Of a stretch of DNA of 64,000 bases, positions 13,658 to 27,748 are shown piece after piece (the stretch's first letter is position 1; every line of letters starts with the position of its first letter). Both the position numbers and the translations under genes were made by a program. The notes under the pieces were generated by a model. It worked only from the letters and a program-made list of their open reading frames with translations. It had not been told where the DNA came from and searched no databases. Source of the DNA: Amoebophrya sp. A120 (Eukaryota > Protista > Dinoflagellata); the NCBI GenBank assembly GCA_905178155.1, contig CAJINV010000007.1, positions 938,627 through 1,002,626 of the forward strand, read 5' to 3'.

Positions 13658-16112
13658 TAAGAGGGAAGCGAGGAAGTGGTACTGGTCCTCTCCCAGTCAG
13701 CTGAAAAAAACGCTGACGCAAAAATCATTTGCCAGCCCACTGCTAGTTGTAGGAGTGTCGTCGTAGGAAGAACTCATTTGTTCTTCTGGGGGTAGGCAGA
13801 ACTATTCAAAAAAAATCCAATAACAAAGATTAGGTGGAAAATTATTTCAAAAATAGGTCATATATAGTTATAGGCTCTAGGTAATAGATAATAGGCCGTG
13901 AATCTGTAGTTATCGGTGGATAGTAAGTATCTTTTCTGTCAATTTATTCGCTATAATTCTGGCAGTGAAGACCACTTCATCCTAGTATCAACGGGTTCTA
14001 TATTTTCAAATTACTTATAGGCTTAAACAGACTTTTACTTTTTACCAGAAGTACACAGGAACAGATTATCATTTCAGATTCAGACCACAAGAACTTGCAA
14101 ATTTCTGTCGCAGATTTTTTTATCGATTTACTTCTCAGAGAAAAATACTCAGCACAAGAGCACACTGTGCTCGCAGCCAGCTAATCATTTTTTATCTCGA
14201 AAATAAAATGTAATTCAAAGCAGTTACATCGGGGATGGTGATGGAGCAGATAACAGATACAGATAAAGTTTGCAGCCGCAAGGAAATTTAATACTTTTCG
14301 AAGAAGTAGTATCAGATAGTTGTATCGCTTGCAAAAATACTCAGAATATCAGCAACAATTTTTCATCAGCCAGATTCAGCAATTTAATACGTCGTCAAAG
14401 TCCAAAATGCTTCACGCCAGAACAAACTACTGTTTACTTAACTTAACAAATTCACTTCGCTCTGATGTTTTCTTTGCAGTTTTTCGTTTTAAATGGGTTA
14501 TGAGTTCCACACCACTCAAAATGTTTTTTCAATTGCTACAGAGATAGTATCGTACTTCAACGCTCGACCTCGACGCTTTATTTCGATATCGTATCCCCCC
14601 ACGCCTTGTTCACTTGATCTCCCGCCAAAAGATAAACTATTTCGCAGAACTCCGATGCTATGCATTATCCTCGTGTAGCGTAAAAAGTATAGCAACCACC
14701 ACCAGCGCACTAAAGTTATTTTGTACCCCATCAATTCATCTCCTTCTAGATCTAGAACTACTCGTCTATTAGTGCAAAAAACATCCACCCTTTCAGAAGT
14801 ACTAGTACAGCCGCAGCTCAGTTTTGTCGAACGATTTTCCCACTTAATTTTCTGTAACAGCTTTTCTCCATTTCGATTTCGAATCTTTAAATAAGTCACT
14901 GGATAATAAACTGTGATTTCTAAGCAGGGCCGCATTTATTTTCAGGTGAAGACGATCCCAATATCCTTGCAGGGTCTACTTCAGTGGATGAAATACCGGC
15001 TCATGAAAATGTTAATGTACGGCAAAGAAAAGCACAAAGAAAATGGGAGTAAGACTTATCATTTCCATCCTCACCAAGCGAGTGAGATCAAGTCATCAAA
15101 AAATGCTTTTTTGCTTTACAACTGTTACATCTGGTCATGATGGATAGCATCCCCCTGCTTAGGATCTTCAGAAGTTGTTTCCTGTGCTGATTATATGAAC
15201 CTAAAAACCTCGGAACCTAAATGTGTAAGAGACGAGCCCGCGATTCGAAATGTGGAAAAGTGTAGCTGTTGCTGGAAATAGTTGAAAAAGGAGAGGCGAG
15301 CTGCTGCACTGTGCGCAGCTCGTAGTGCTGCGCCACCGAACGCGACACCGTGTGGTGCTGCTAATCAGGTGGTTTGTGGATGTTGTTGTCACAAAAGTGA
15401 AAGCGGAGAAATGTTGCGCTATCCCAACAAGAAGAAAGAACATCGGTGGATCTGAAGTTTTTGGAAAGTCGGTTTTTTTGATCGGCACTTGCCACGAGTT
15501 TTTGACGGTACAAATTCGGTCGTCTCTCTTTCTGGCGGAGGTGGTGCCGCTCGGAAATAAAAGAGGTTGATCACGTTTCGGTTCTTGAGAAGTTGTGGCT
15601 CTTTCATCTCAGCATGAAATTCAAGTTCGGTTTGCGATTTTGTCCGTCCTGGTGTAAGTACTTACTACTTCCTGGTGAATTATGTGACTTCGGTTGTCGT
15701 ACAAAAAAAAGCGCCGCAGCGCCGGCAGTTTTCGTTTCGTTCAAACGCAGGCGTAGTACCTGTCAGCCAAATTGAAGAAGCTGGCTGTCCAATCGTTCAC
15801 TTGGTTTTCCACTCGTTGGTTCTTCGCACTCTACCTTGCTTCGGCTCTTCTGATAATTCCCTTTCCGCGTATGTTATTCCTACAGAGAAGAATTGCCCCT
15901 AATAAATTCGTTACCTTATGCCTGCTACCCTCATATTTAAGTTGTACCCTTACTTTTTCATGCTAGAGCTGGGAGTGTATTTTTGCCTGTCGAAAAATTG
16001 TTCTAGAACACCTGACACAGACACTTCTGTATTCCCCACTGTACTAAAAACTAACGTCAAGTGACCTCCTGTACCCCTCCTCTTCTCCAGCTCAAGCAAA
16101 GCATCCCAAATT

Positions 16113-19100
16113 ATGGCCGGAAGCGGAAGTAATACTCTCCGCGAACAAACAGCGGATCATGACAATCCGCTCAAGACCGCGGCGATTTTCCTCACGCCAC
16201 TGATAATCGCCACCGCCTGCACCCTCGCCAGATCCGATTTCGACCCACAAGCGGCCCAGCACCAATCGGCGATAACCTCGATTTTGACTTTATATTTCCT
16301 CCAGTTCTCCGCCGTCGGCGGCTTTTTCGCGCTGTTCAACTCCGCGGAGCAGGGGATTGGCGGAGAATGGGTCCGCGGCCTCGCGATGATTCCGGACATC
16401 TTCGCGACGGTGGGGGGGATGATCTCGGCGTTACCGATCGTGTATGAATTACAAAAGCATGGTACTAGTATGAATTGCATTACAAACTTCCTCAGCATGA
16501 GAAATGGAATCTGTGATGCTGTCCGACCTTCAGAAAAAGATTTGTAATGCATAACTGCAATCACAACGAGTACGATACTTTTGCACTGCATATTGTGATT
16601 CCCTTTTTCGAGCACTGCTTCTACTGGTATTATTACATTTTCAGCACCCCGGCGCACGCAGCCTGCTCGTTTCTGGACCCGACGATGCAGGCGGGAACCG
16701 TTGCGGAACTGGCATTAGCGAAGGCGAGTGGGTATCAACTGCAAATATGTCTGGGTCTGGAAACTTGTGATGCTGAAATGTGCATGACTGAAATATTTTC
16801 CAATGCCGCCAAGCATGACAATTCTCCCGGACACTTTCTCATGCGCAGTCCGCATGAGAAACTGCGCTTTTGTATGACAAAAGGAGGCGTCGTTTTGTTA
16901 GTCATGCAATACAGATTTTACAGGTATGTAGGACTAGCATTACAAGTTTAATGCTGCCAGACCCAGATATATTTGCAATGCATAGTGGAAATAGTTCCGA
17001 AGACGTGTTGAACACGTCTTACCCCGCGTCCGTTCTGAGCTACTTCCTCGGTGACTTCATCTCCTTCTCTTTGCCAGTCGGGTTATTAGTGATCAACGAC
17101 CCGGATTCGCATCGGTATTTATTACTCGGTTTGATCCCTGGGTTGGTGGCGATCCCGGTGACGTGTTTCGTCTGCTATTTGATTTTGTATCTAGAGCAGA
17201 TGAACAACGGTCTTGGGTACGTTCTGGTGAACAGCAAAATCGAGCCGTCGCCCGTGTTGGATTGGGAACTGCGGATAGACTTGGTAGCCTCGACGATTCA
17301 GGTAATTTCGCCCTGCTGGATTCTCGCTGCGGTGATGGGCTTGTTTTTGTACTTGCAGCCGCCAGGGGGGGCGGGAAAGGATAAGAACATCAAGGGTAAT
17401 ATTAGTAGTGCTGCACCTTTAGTACCACCATCAAGTACTACACCTGCACCCCCGATTCTCGCACGCACGAATTCCAACGAAGCTGCTATAGGAAGGAGAC
17501 TCTCCCCACGAGGATCAGAACGGCAATTCGGGTCTCTAACAAGCAACGCCCGACTGACCCAAGCGAACTCGGTCGAATTCTTCACGCCTTTACCCCTCCC
17601 GCCGGCAACAATCAAGAGTCACCCTCAATTGAAGACCATCTTACAACTACCCGAGGGAGAGGGGACGAAGCAGATACCAAAGTTGTCAGACGGGGCGGCG
17701 GATGAGACAAGAACGCCCGAAATTATGAACTACACGCCTCCTGGGCGGGACGCAGAAGCTGTGAGAACGCCCCAAATCCACGAATTCTTCGAGGGTATCC
17801 TAACGCCGAGCAGCATCACGAAAGGGAGCGTGGTGGGGTTCCAGGATAATCTTGAAGAACTGGAAGACACTGGTACAACCTTCGATCTGACCAATGTCTA
17901 TCCAGAACCAGCATCAGAAACAAGGCAAATCATTCCGCAGCTGAGCGACCGCCCTTCCACGGCCTTCACCAGCAATGCCGGAAGTGGTTTGGATTCCAGC
18001 CCCGGTGGAAACATCAATAGCAGTATAGCAACAGGAGAGCGGCAGCAGAAAACCATCAGTTTTGAATCTAAACCACCAGTGGGGTTGAAATCTGCGGACA
18101 ACCTTGATGTCCCGGACAGTTTTGGAGAGGACGCAGGAACAACCTACCCTGTCGCGGCGAATGACAAGCCGGAGGATTTACTCGTCATCACCCTTTTTGT
18201 CGGCTTTGGCACCATGCTCAACTACTATCCACAGTAAACGTCCCGTACACGACGTACAAATGCTGCTGCTGCATGACAAAAGTTCCACTCGATCTCAGTC
18301 AGCATCACAAGTTTTACACTCCAAGTTAGCGAAATTTGTCATGCATTTGTACTACATGTACGGGAAATTTGTATTGCATAACTACTTCCTGCGTTTCATG
18401 TTCCTCATCTCCGCGTTACAGCATATAGGCGGTTGCATCTGGATTTTCCAAACCTTTCTCCCCGACTACCCGGAACTCCAATTGCAGCCATTGTTAAAAA
18501 CTTCCTCCAACGCCGTTTTCTTCCGGTACAGCGAGTCTACCGGGTTGGATGTCGCGGCGAGTATCGGGATTGCGGTCTCCGGGATGCTGCCGTTTATGTT
18601 TTTACTCCGGGAGAAGTGTATCTACAGCATCTGTCGGGTTGGGAAATTTATCGGGTTTCACGACGAAGAGGGTTTTGGGATTTTGGGGATCGTGGGGTCT
18701 CTGTCGAGCATGATCGTCTTGTTCACCATGCTCCCACGAATCGCACCGAAAGAAGCAGTCGCGGCCGTCGCGTTTTCCATTCCGGCAGCATACAGTCTCG
18801 GCGGACACTTGGCGTTTTCTTCAATCTACCAACCACCACTGTGTGTTCCGTTATTAATCGGAAAATTGATCGGAGGGGTTTTTGCGATGGGACTTGCGCG
18901 GTTGACGACGTGTAGATTAGTGGAGGAGGATCAGAAAGAACACTCGCCGGAAACGGTGGCTAGGAGAGTACACTCTTCCGAGTTTTACGGGGCGCAGCGC
19001 AGGACAACCTTGTTTAGACTCGGTGGGGATGAGGATAGTGTGCGCTTTTCCGGTCGGGATAATTACGATAGCATCAGGTCTGGGATCGGAAGGAGAAGTT

Positions 19101-20563
19101 CCAGGCGGAGTAAAAGGGTCAGGAGTACCGTCGGTGGTTTTTCGCCCCCTCCTCCAGGCTCGGGAACTACCAGTGCTGCTGCTAACACCCGGAAGTCCGC
19201 GGCTTTGAAGGAGTATCTTTTAAGTTTAGAATCCACCGAGTTTTTTGATAATTTGGAGGCAGACCTGGAGGAAGATGAGGTGGAAAATAAATCGGATAAT
19301 TCATCCGACGAAGATGATCCTCAAATACAAACCGCGAAGACCAAAGAAATCCCCGCGCGCTTCGACCCGGAATCGGCGGAGAGCGACGAGAACAACTCCG
19401 GGAGTAACTACGAGGCTGCAGGAACTACTTCTTTTCGTGGTTCAAGTAAAGACAAGACTACGCCGCCGCGCAAGTCGAAAGTGGCGAGGAGGAGGTTTAA
19501 GAAGGGCGCTTTGGTTGCGAGGATGATCAAATTGCTCGAAAAGGAAGGAAATGCAATGTACAAGCAGAAAGGACGTCGAGGTCGAGCCAGAGAAGTAGAA
19601 CTGAGTCCACGAGAAGTTCTTGTAGATGCTGCTGGTATCAAGACTGCAGAGGAAAAGCGGGTCCTCGCTGGAACAACGAAACAGCGCACAGAAATAACAG
19701 CTGCAGCGCAGAACCTACAGCAGCAGAAGTCCCCTCGTTTTGACCAACACCCCCACCAGCAGTCACCGGTGAGGGTTATGGATCCACGGGCGCGGGGCTT
19801 CGAGCAACACAATCCACTATCGCCTCGTTTCCACCACCGGAAATCCGCGTTTGTCTTCGGGGGCGACGAAGTTGTTCCGCTCTCTGACGTCGACTCGGAT
19901 GTTTCTTCGATCGACGCAGCGCGTGTGATTAAAAATGCGCGCAACGTCCATGTATATGGAAATCACCACTTGCCCGGAGTTTCCCTTCCCCGTGTGAACA
20001 ACATGTGCAATCACATGAGTGTGTACGATTCGCACACGCAGAAACTTCTGTCCGATCGGGTGCGGAACGTGATGAAGCGACTGCAGGTAATTGGGGCAAG
20101 GACTTCGAAGGAGGGAGAAGGTGTTGATGGGACAACATCCACCAGGGGGAATGGGCAGCGCAGTAGAAGAACCGATGGCAAAGCACCATCGCTTACCAGC
20201 CGTGACACGGGTAGCGAAGCGGAGATCAACAATCCGGCTGCTGGTAGTCCTCCTGCAAAGAACTTGTCATACAAAGCGCAGTTGCAGCAAACAAAAGCCA
20301 AGCTTCTTCGACATCCAGGGTCTGGGTCAACAACCGGGACCGTGTTTTTGGAGCAAGGTAGTAACGGTAACCGTGATAGCGACGCGAGCACTCTGTCCGC
20401 ACCCTTGTTGCAACAGGATTACGAAGAACTCCGAAGACGGGCTACAGCTGTGGGGTCTTTCACGAGAAACTCCGATGACGGCAACAATAGCGGTGTATCG
20501 GAGACGGAACTGCAACGGTCATTCGACGGCGTGGTGAAGGATTTGCGACAAACTGTTCTGTAA
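16113..20563 (+). CDS. eutH: EutH-family ethanolamine permease-like membrane protein with long disordered insertions
   Basis: GGEWVRGLAMIPDIFATVGGMISALP, FSLPVGLLVINDPDSHRYLLLGLIPGLVAIP and AFSIPAAYSLGGHLAF...PLLIGKLIGGVFAMGLA match recalled bacterial EutH segments. Three TIR elements must be removed. Confidence 0.75.
16443..16592. mobile_element. Introner family A
   Basis: TIR; DR tcgtg/ttgtg. Confidence 0.85.
16733..16984. mobile_element. Introner family B
   Basis: TIR; DR gtggg/gtgga. Confidence 0.85.
18226..18380. mobile_element. Introner family D
   Basis: Ends TATCCACAGTAAA..CCCGTAC / GTACGGGAAATTTGTATTGCATA; DR actac. Confidence 0.85.
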
Positions 20564-21390
20564 AATCGCAGTATCAACGTATAGGTATAGGAGTCGTAAT
20601 TCGCATCCAATGATTGTACTTGTACTAGATTTTCGTGCACGCTTTGTGCAAAAAGCAACACGACCAATTTGCTTGTCAATCGTTGTGCTTCTGCTTACAT
20701 ACCTGTAACGATAGCACGATCTTGCTCTCAGAGACTTGGAAGAGTCTCCCACTTCTACGGAGGTTTTCTTGTAGTGTACTGTTCAAATTGTGTTCTTGGC
20801 TACCATTTGAAGTCCTCGTACGCCACAAACACAATGGCTGCGTCTGTGATGTGCTGCAACTCGATTACCAGAATTTCAGCATCACCGGATCATTTCGTAG
20901 GTTTCTTTGCAGACTACACCTCCTGGTTGGTTCCTTGTCCGCTTTGTCACGAAGAAAGTTCAATTTGTGTGAAACAGAGCGTGATGTTGATCTATCTTTT
21001 TGCCATCTTCCGTTCCCGTGAACAAGATCACTCAGTGCTTTTTCTTTTTTCTGTTTGCGTTCATTGTTGGTAGCTGCAGATGCTTGTTCATCTGCATGTC
21101 CATGTATCAGATCATGATCCTCTTCTCAATTTTCTTTTTCAACTTCTCACAAAACTAACCATAGTTTCCCACACCAGGACGAAAACACCTGCTGAAATCT
21201 CGTCTCCAACGTTGTGAAAGGATTGCTTTTGCTGGCACTCCCAACCTAAGCTTTCCGAGTAACCACATTGGACAAGTAGACTCGAGAGTACGCAGCGACA
21301 GCGTCCACATTTTTGGTGTTTTTACCACTACACTCCGATACTCTACTTCACACGACGATCGTGTACACTTGCAACAAAGGTTCCCCCAAA

Positions 21391-24300
21391 ATGCGTTCCA
21401 GCCTCTCTCTCGTCGCCAAAACAGGCGTGCTGCTTGCAACAGGTTCTCTTGCAATCCAGACCAAGGCACCTGGAGGTGGTGCCAACACCCGCGTCCGCAC
21501 CCAGTCGAAGTCCTGGATGCAGAAATGGAGTTCCAGCCCGGCAACGAAGTTAGCGATTGGTGCTGCCGCGTCTCTGGGTATGTTGTCGAACGCCGCGGCG
21601 GTTTCCGCGAACAGTCAGGGAGCAAGGGTGACCCCGGAAGAGAACCAGAATGCGTTGATGAACATCGCTGGGTCGGAAACTGCTATGGCCGACGCCTTTC
21701 ACACCTTCGCTGCCAAGTTCAACAAACCGTATGTCAGTGTGGTGGAAGGTACTGAGTTGGAATTGTTTTTATTCTTCCTACTGCGTGATAGATCACATGA
21801 CAGAAATTATCTGTGATGCTGAACTTCCTATGCATGCTGCTGTGCACCACTGGATGGAGACTGATGAAATTCAAATTGAAATTTGTTTCACAGCATCAGG
21901 TTTCGCCTCTGCCTCTTCCTACGACTCGGCCGTCGATGAGGCGCCGAAGGAAACGTCCCATCAGGGCATCGTCTTCAAGCCCGCCCCGGGAATGGAACAG
22001 GAGTATTTGGACAGACGGAACATCTTCGAAGATAACATCAAGAAAGCCATTATGGAGAACATGAAGTCCGAGGGGTCGAACAACATCGACCGCGCGCGGT
22101 TCGGTATCACGAAGTTCATGGACCAGACTTCCGAAGAGTTTGCGAAGAAGTTTTTGGGCTTGGCGGTCACTGACGAAGCCAAGAAGGAGGTGTTGGGGAA
22201 GTTCGGAAAGATTGGTATGTTCATTTTTTGCAGTTGTTCTCGATGTATTTTCATATGCCGCAATTGTTTATGGTGTGATTTCACGTCGCATAGACAAAAA
22301 TGGTCATTTTCAACATCTAATCGCGACTGTATAGTTAACTTTCTGCAACCTTTTGTAGCAGTCACGCACAGATGGATTTTTTGCATCATTTTGTGCTGAA
22401 ACAAGAGGAAAATCACAAACACGAGAATGATACACCGGCTCTTTCGCAGAAGTCTATGCGATCGATTAGCTGGTGCAGTTGCACCAGATAGTTTTATATT
22501 TCTGATTACAGATTCCTCTTCCCCCGCCTCCTCCTCCACCGCCAAGTACTTCATGAAGCCGAAGTCCACCATATCACAGGAAAAAGTGTTAACGTTGCCG
22601 AAATTTGTGATGCAGCAATGCATCACTACACGTCCCACAATTTGTCATGCATAGCATGCATCCCGGGCTACATTTGTGATGCATGACTGCAATCGGTGAA
22701 AACCGCTGACGTTAGCACTTTTTCCTGTGATACACCATGAAGGCCCTCCTTCCCTCCGGTTCCAAGGATTGGGTCGAAGCCGGTATGACAACGGATGTGA
22801 AGGATCAGGGGCAGTGCGGGTCCTGCTGTATCCTGTGTAAAAACGTCCCCGCCTCATAGTCAAGTTGGGAAATCTGCAATACAAATCTCCAAGTTTTGGA
22901 AGTTGCGCATGACAAGTTTCCATCTGTAGTGTATTTCTGGTTAGCAAGGGCAGCCGCGTGAGAAACCCAGCTTCTCATCCTGTTTACAGCATTACAAATT
23001 CCAAAACGCGACTGAGAATGGCTCTCATGGAGATGCGCATTACAAGCGTTTCTGTCATTGCGCATTTGCGCGACAACTCTGGCTTGGGGACGCTTTTGCT
23101 GAGGATATGCTGGGCGTTTTCCACAGTGGAGCAGCTGGAATCCATGGCCCGCATCGAGGGCATCACAAGTGACTTCATCGGCTCTCCTCAGGAACTAGTC
23201 TCCTGCGACCACCACGGAGACGAGGGGTGCAACGGCGGGCTGCCGGTGAACGCGTACGAGTGGCTGGAGGGATATCCACAGTAAATTTCCTGTAGACGCA
23301 CACATGCGGTCGCTGCATGGCAAAACTTGGCTTCGATCCTAGTTTAGCATGACAAGTTTCACACTCCAAATTGGGGAAATTTGTGATGCACCTTTTACAT
23401 GTACGGGAAATTTGTATTGCATAAGGGAAAACCGTTGGAATCCGAGACAGACTACCCCTACATGAGCGGAATTACGCGACAGACCGGGAAGTGCACGATG
23501 GACAAGTCGCTCGGGGAATTCAAGGTATGGAGGAAGAAATTTTGCTTCACACGGGTGTTTTGTATCACTATCAGAGCTTATACGTCTGCTTGTGGTTTCA
23601 CCATGACAACGTCTTGATGACCATTTTAATGCGGTTGCAAACTGAGCTGAACTTCAACTTCTCGTGCGAATCCCAAGCTGCAAATTGAAACTTATGATGC
23701 GCAAGAACTACGAAACACAACTCTCAGGTCGTGTCTTACAAAACCGTCGCCGAGGACTCCTTGGACGAACCCAAACTCGTCGATTACCTCCTCTCCTCCG
23801 GCCCTCTCTCCATTGGTGTGGACGCCACGCAGTGGCAGCTGTACACTGGCGGTATGATGGACGCGGATCAGTGCAATGCGGAGCAACTGGACCACGCCGT
23901 GCAGGTGGTCAAGTACATATGCAACACAAAAGTATAATCGGTCCTAGTGGTGACTGCATGACAGATTTTTCAGAAAAATCCGAAATGGAACTATACCTGT
24001 CATGCAGAGTGGTCTCGCAATCCAGAGTACATCTGTGATGCATGAGTTCCATTCCTGCGATTGATACTTTTGTCGATTGGATAGCAAACTGGCTCCGACG
24101 ACTCTGCCAACGGCCCGTACTTATCCTGTGCAAAAGTATCGTACTCGTATTGCAATCATGCATTACAAATCTTGTTCTTAAGCTAAATCCGCATTACAAA
24201 TTTCATTTCTCATGCTGAGGAAATCTGTGATGCATTTATACGAGTACGATACTTTTGCAATGCATACTACTACACCGTCCGCAACTCCTGGAACACCGAC

Positions 24301-24492
24301 TGGGGTGAGGACGGTTTTATCCGCCTCACCGCCGGCGAGGACACCTGCATGCTGACCGGCATGGCGACGACGGTGGATGTGGAGGCGGTGAGCAAGGAAG
24401 GGCCTGCTGATGTGAAAACCCCGGGCGTCACGATCGAGGAGCTGACCGACGAGGATGTCGACATGCTCAAGGAGAACACCATGGTCGTGTAA
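21391..24492 (+). CDS. Papain-family (C1A, cathepsin L/F-like) cysteine protease precursor
   Basis: Signal-like N-terminus, I29-like prodomain (RRNIFEDN...FGITKFMDQTSEEF), DVKDQGQCGSCWAFS, GCNGG, LDHAVQVV, VRNSWNTDWGEDGFIRL. Three GT-AG introns and five TIR elements. Confidence 0.92.
21749..21893 (+). other. Canonical GT-AG intron
   Basis: GTACTG...TCACAG; phase 1, in frame. Confidence 0.7.
22215..22511 (+). other. Canonical GT-AG intron
   Basis: GTATGT...TTACAG; phase 1, in frame. Confidence 0.75.
22572..22732. mobile_element. Introner family H
   Basis: TIR; DR cacca. Confidence 0.88.
22829..23107. mobile_element. Introner family C in catalytic Cys-Trp codons
   Basis: TIR; DR tgctg; removal gives CGSCWAFS. 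Confidence 0.92.
23273..23423. mobile_element. Introner family D
   Basis: TIR; DR aggga. Confidence 0.88.
23525..23727 (+). other. Canonical GT-AG intron
   Basis: GTATGG...TCTCAG; phase 0, in frame. Confidence 0.8.
23918..24083. mobile_element. Introner family K (single copy here)
   Basis: Imperfect TIR TATGCAACACAAAAGTATAATCG; DR gtaca/gcaaa. Confidence 0.75.
24122..24266. mobile_element. Introner family A
   Basis: TIR; DR gtact/ctact. Confidence 0.87.
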
Positions 24493-25475
24493 GTTGCGAT
24501 GCGGTTTTTTACTTCCGTCGCTCCGGTGGTCACTGTTTCTCGCATGATCTTGACACGATTTCACTTTCGGATAACCACAACCTTTGCTGTTGTCAGTACA
24601 CTACTTGTTGTCACAGAGACCAGAGTATCGGTTTTGTGCTTATGTCAGTGGGGTTACGCCGCATGATTCTGTCATGCTGTGTTTTCCACACAAATTTTGT
24701 AAGTTGAGCTTTTGTCGTACTAACCTTTCTGTATTCTACCTGTCCATAGTATGGTTCCTTCGGTCTTTACTACGTACTTCCACATCTAGAATACAGTATA
24801 AAAATGTTATTTACAACACAAGATTTCAACGATCAATGTCTGCTGTTTGCATTTTCACACGCAATTCTGATTTTCCATACAGAACCTTTTTATATTGTCT
24901 ACACAGTTTGAAAGTTTCTGGTAGTTTGCCGCTGTGATAACAGTCACGTTTATTTTCATTTTTGTACATGATCATCAGGATGAAGGCCAGCTTTTCGAAA
25001 CCTAGCCTACTTTCCATGAAGAATTTCCTTCTGTCTGCTTGAAATAAATCAATGAAATCAAGAATAAAGCTAAACCACATGAGAGCGTGTGCGTCTGCTT
25101 GTACGGTAATGAAGGGCATTTATACCGGTGGGATGCACAATTTCGACGTCCTCGTAGAAACGAAATACAAGACGAAACACAAAAAAGAATCTCGATGTGT
25201 TAGTCTTCACCACATCGGAGGTGTTTTTTTCCCGTTTTTTCAGTGCCTGCTAGTCATTCCGTGATCTATGTGCTGCAGTGCTATTTTCAAACTTCCCTGT
25301 GGGAAGCAAGGAGCGAGAGGTGACAAGAAAGGTAATTTCGCATATTCTGGCTTTTCATGGCCATATCATCGTCACTCAGAGAGGAAACCATCACCACCAG
25401 CTTTTTCTCCTTGTCTTTTTGTGCAGTTTCAAGTTTTTTTTGCTGCAAAGAAAACGAAAGTGCGTGAGCAACAAC

Positions 25476-26673
25476 ATGCGGTCTACTGTCTCCACGCTGG
25501 TGGCAGCGAGTGCTGCGTGCGTCTCTGTCCGCGCTGACGACGCCAGCATGGCCGACATAAGGGGTGCCGAGTTAGAGTTTGGAGATGAGGTAGAGCTGGA
25601 AGATAAGACCTCGAATAAAAGGGAAGGAAAACAAGGTCCCGAACTCGCAGACAGGACGCGAGGGGAGAAGCTAGACGAAGAGCAAGAGTATTCCTTCACG
25701 CAAAAGGAAATCACCGGGACGGTGACCGCCGTCGGGAGGGACGCTGCTTTTTCTGCCGACTTGCCCGCTGCGTCTTCAACTGTGGGTATGGTCGTGGAAA
25801 AGATCATCACCGACAAGGAGCTCACGAGCGGTAATGACCTTGCCGCCATCCGGCGTTCCCTCGACCACGAAGAGCTGTTACGGGCAGGCGCGGACGCCAA
25901 TTTTGACGGTGTTGTGGACAGAGAGGAGAAGAACACTTTCTGTTCAAAGATTGCGAACACCTCCGGGTCCAGCTAGCTGGAGATGCATGCAACAGCCCTT
26001 GGGTGGCTTCCTCGTGCTCTCAGGCCGGCCTGCCTATCTGCGGCACAAGCAGCGTCACCACAAGCGGCGTCGCCTGATGAAAGCGAAACGGCAAGTGAAG
26101 CGGACCTTAAGGAACTGCAAGAATTGGTACATCATGATCATAAGCGTAATTCTCATAAGTTTAAGGTCTGCAAAAATGCTATGAAGGTCTGTTCGTTTGG
26201 ACCAGCAGAAACCCGACGCGACCGCGTGGTCTTCATAGTGATCAGCATCGATCCCGACTGTTTGTGTGCTTGAAATGCAATCTGTCATGTAAATGTGTCT
26301 CTGCGATCACTTCCACTAACTGCAACATATCACAATCCAGGGACAAAAGAATTGGCGGGAAGCGGAGCTAAAAACTGCGGTGGAAGCGGCAGAGCGGGCA
26401 CACGTGCTGGCGGAGGAGAATCCGAGAGACAAGAGGGTGCAGGAGTGGAAGCAAATTTTGCTCGACGACGCCAAAGAGCGCGTGAGGAGGGACTGGAACA
26501 ATCGTGAAGATCCCGCTGTGAATATAGTGGAAACTGGCTCGTACGCAGGCAGGGTGAGGAAAATTAGTAAAATTTGGCTGTCGGAGAGTCCTAATCACGA
26601 AAGTTGGAACACTGAGAATAGCGTCGAAAAAATGATACATGACCCAAGAACAGCACCACGACCTCGACCATAA
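25476..26673 (+). CDS. Hypothetical secreted protein
   Basis: MRSTVSTLVAASAACVSVRA signal-peptide-like start and acidic body. GT-AG intron 26166-26340 joins in frame. A further intron near 25910-26023 is needed but unresolved. Confidence 0.5.
26166..26340 (+). other. Canonical GT-AG intron
   Basis: GTCTGC...ATCCAG; phase 0. Confidence 0.6.
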
Positions 26674-27748
26674 TGAGGTTTCTATTCGTCGCTGTCACGG
26701 TGGCAAGGCACATTTAAGATTTGGTGCGCACGGGCCGTCGGGCGTCGTAGGTCGCAACCACACGACCGGTGCTGCAGCTGTGAGTATGAGACGTGAGGAT
26801 CTGGCAACATTTTTGGTTTTGTTCTGCGATCCTTTCGTGACCATCTTGCAGTACGTTGTCAAGATTCCTCCTAGTAGAACATCATCTTTAGTTTTTCCCC
26901 CGATCCGCATTCAGTTTCAGCTGTTGGTGTGTATTAGCGATCAAATCAGAAATGCAAGGTTGGTTCGGTAGTATAGCATCCAAAAAGATGAGCTGCGATC
27001 TCCCCGGAGGATGTTGGCCTGCACGAAGATCAAATATATGTTTTTTTCAGCCAACATTCGTCTGAATCTTTCTTTTCGATCGGTCGTTTCACTTGAGTGG
27101 TCGAGCTTGCTCGAAGTCACTTGCCACCAATGATTCGGTAAAAATGCTCTTCGGTCGTGTATGTGTAGTCCGGTAATTTGTCGCGCGCTCCGTCAAGCTT
27201 CTTCATCTTCGTCTCTTCTGCTTTTACCGTTGCCAATATTGTTCCGGTCTCGACGTCGTTTTGAATCTTTAGTCGCAAAAGTGCCGCAGACCTATAATTT
27301 GCTCGGAAATTTTTACTCAGTAGGATCTCTTGTCCATGTTCGCGAACAAACCACCGGCGATCATTTTAGAGTGAGAAAAACTCCGCCAAAACCACCAGAC
27401 AGGTCTGTTTACCACGACAAAGAAGTGTGTAGTAGCTGTTCTTCGTTTTTTTATTCCCGCTTGATCACTATAATCATGTTGTACTACCTTCTCTCAGATG
27501 AAACAGGAGCTGTTCTTTGTGCGTCAACTTTGTCAGCAGGAACAATGGGGTCCATCCTCTTTTCAACATGTATCACAGTAGAAGTAGACCCTTCTGTAGC
27601 GTCGATCATGTTGCCACCTTCTAGAAGAAAACACAGTTGAATTGACAATGTAAGTACTAACCTCCGCGGTTGCACATTTGTTTCCACCTAGTTTCGCGGC
27701 TTCCGTCTTTGTGATCGCTAAAGTAAGCTCGTCGTAGAAACACGTAAA

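Noticed and set aside
16085-16097. Relic dinoflagellate spliced leader (GCTCAAG); also CGTAGCCATT near 40547
   Set aside because: Matches are 7-10 nt, within chance expectation.
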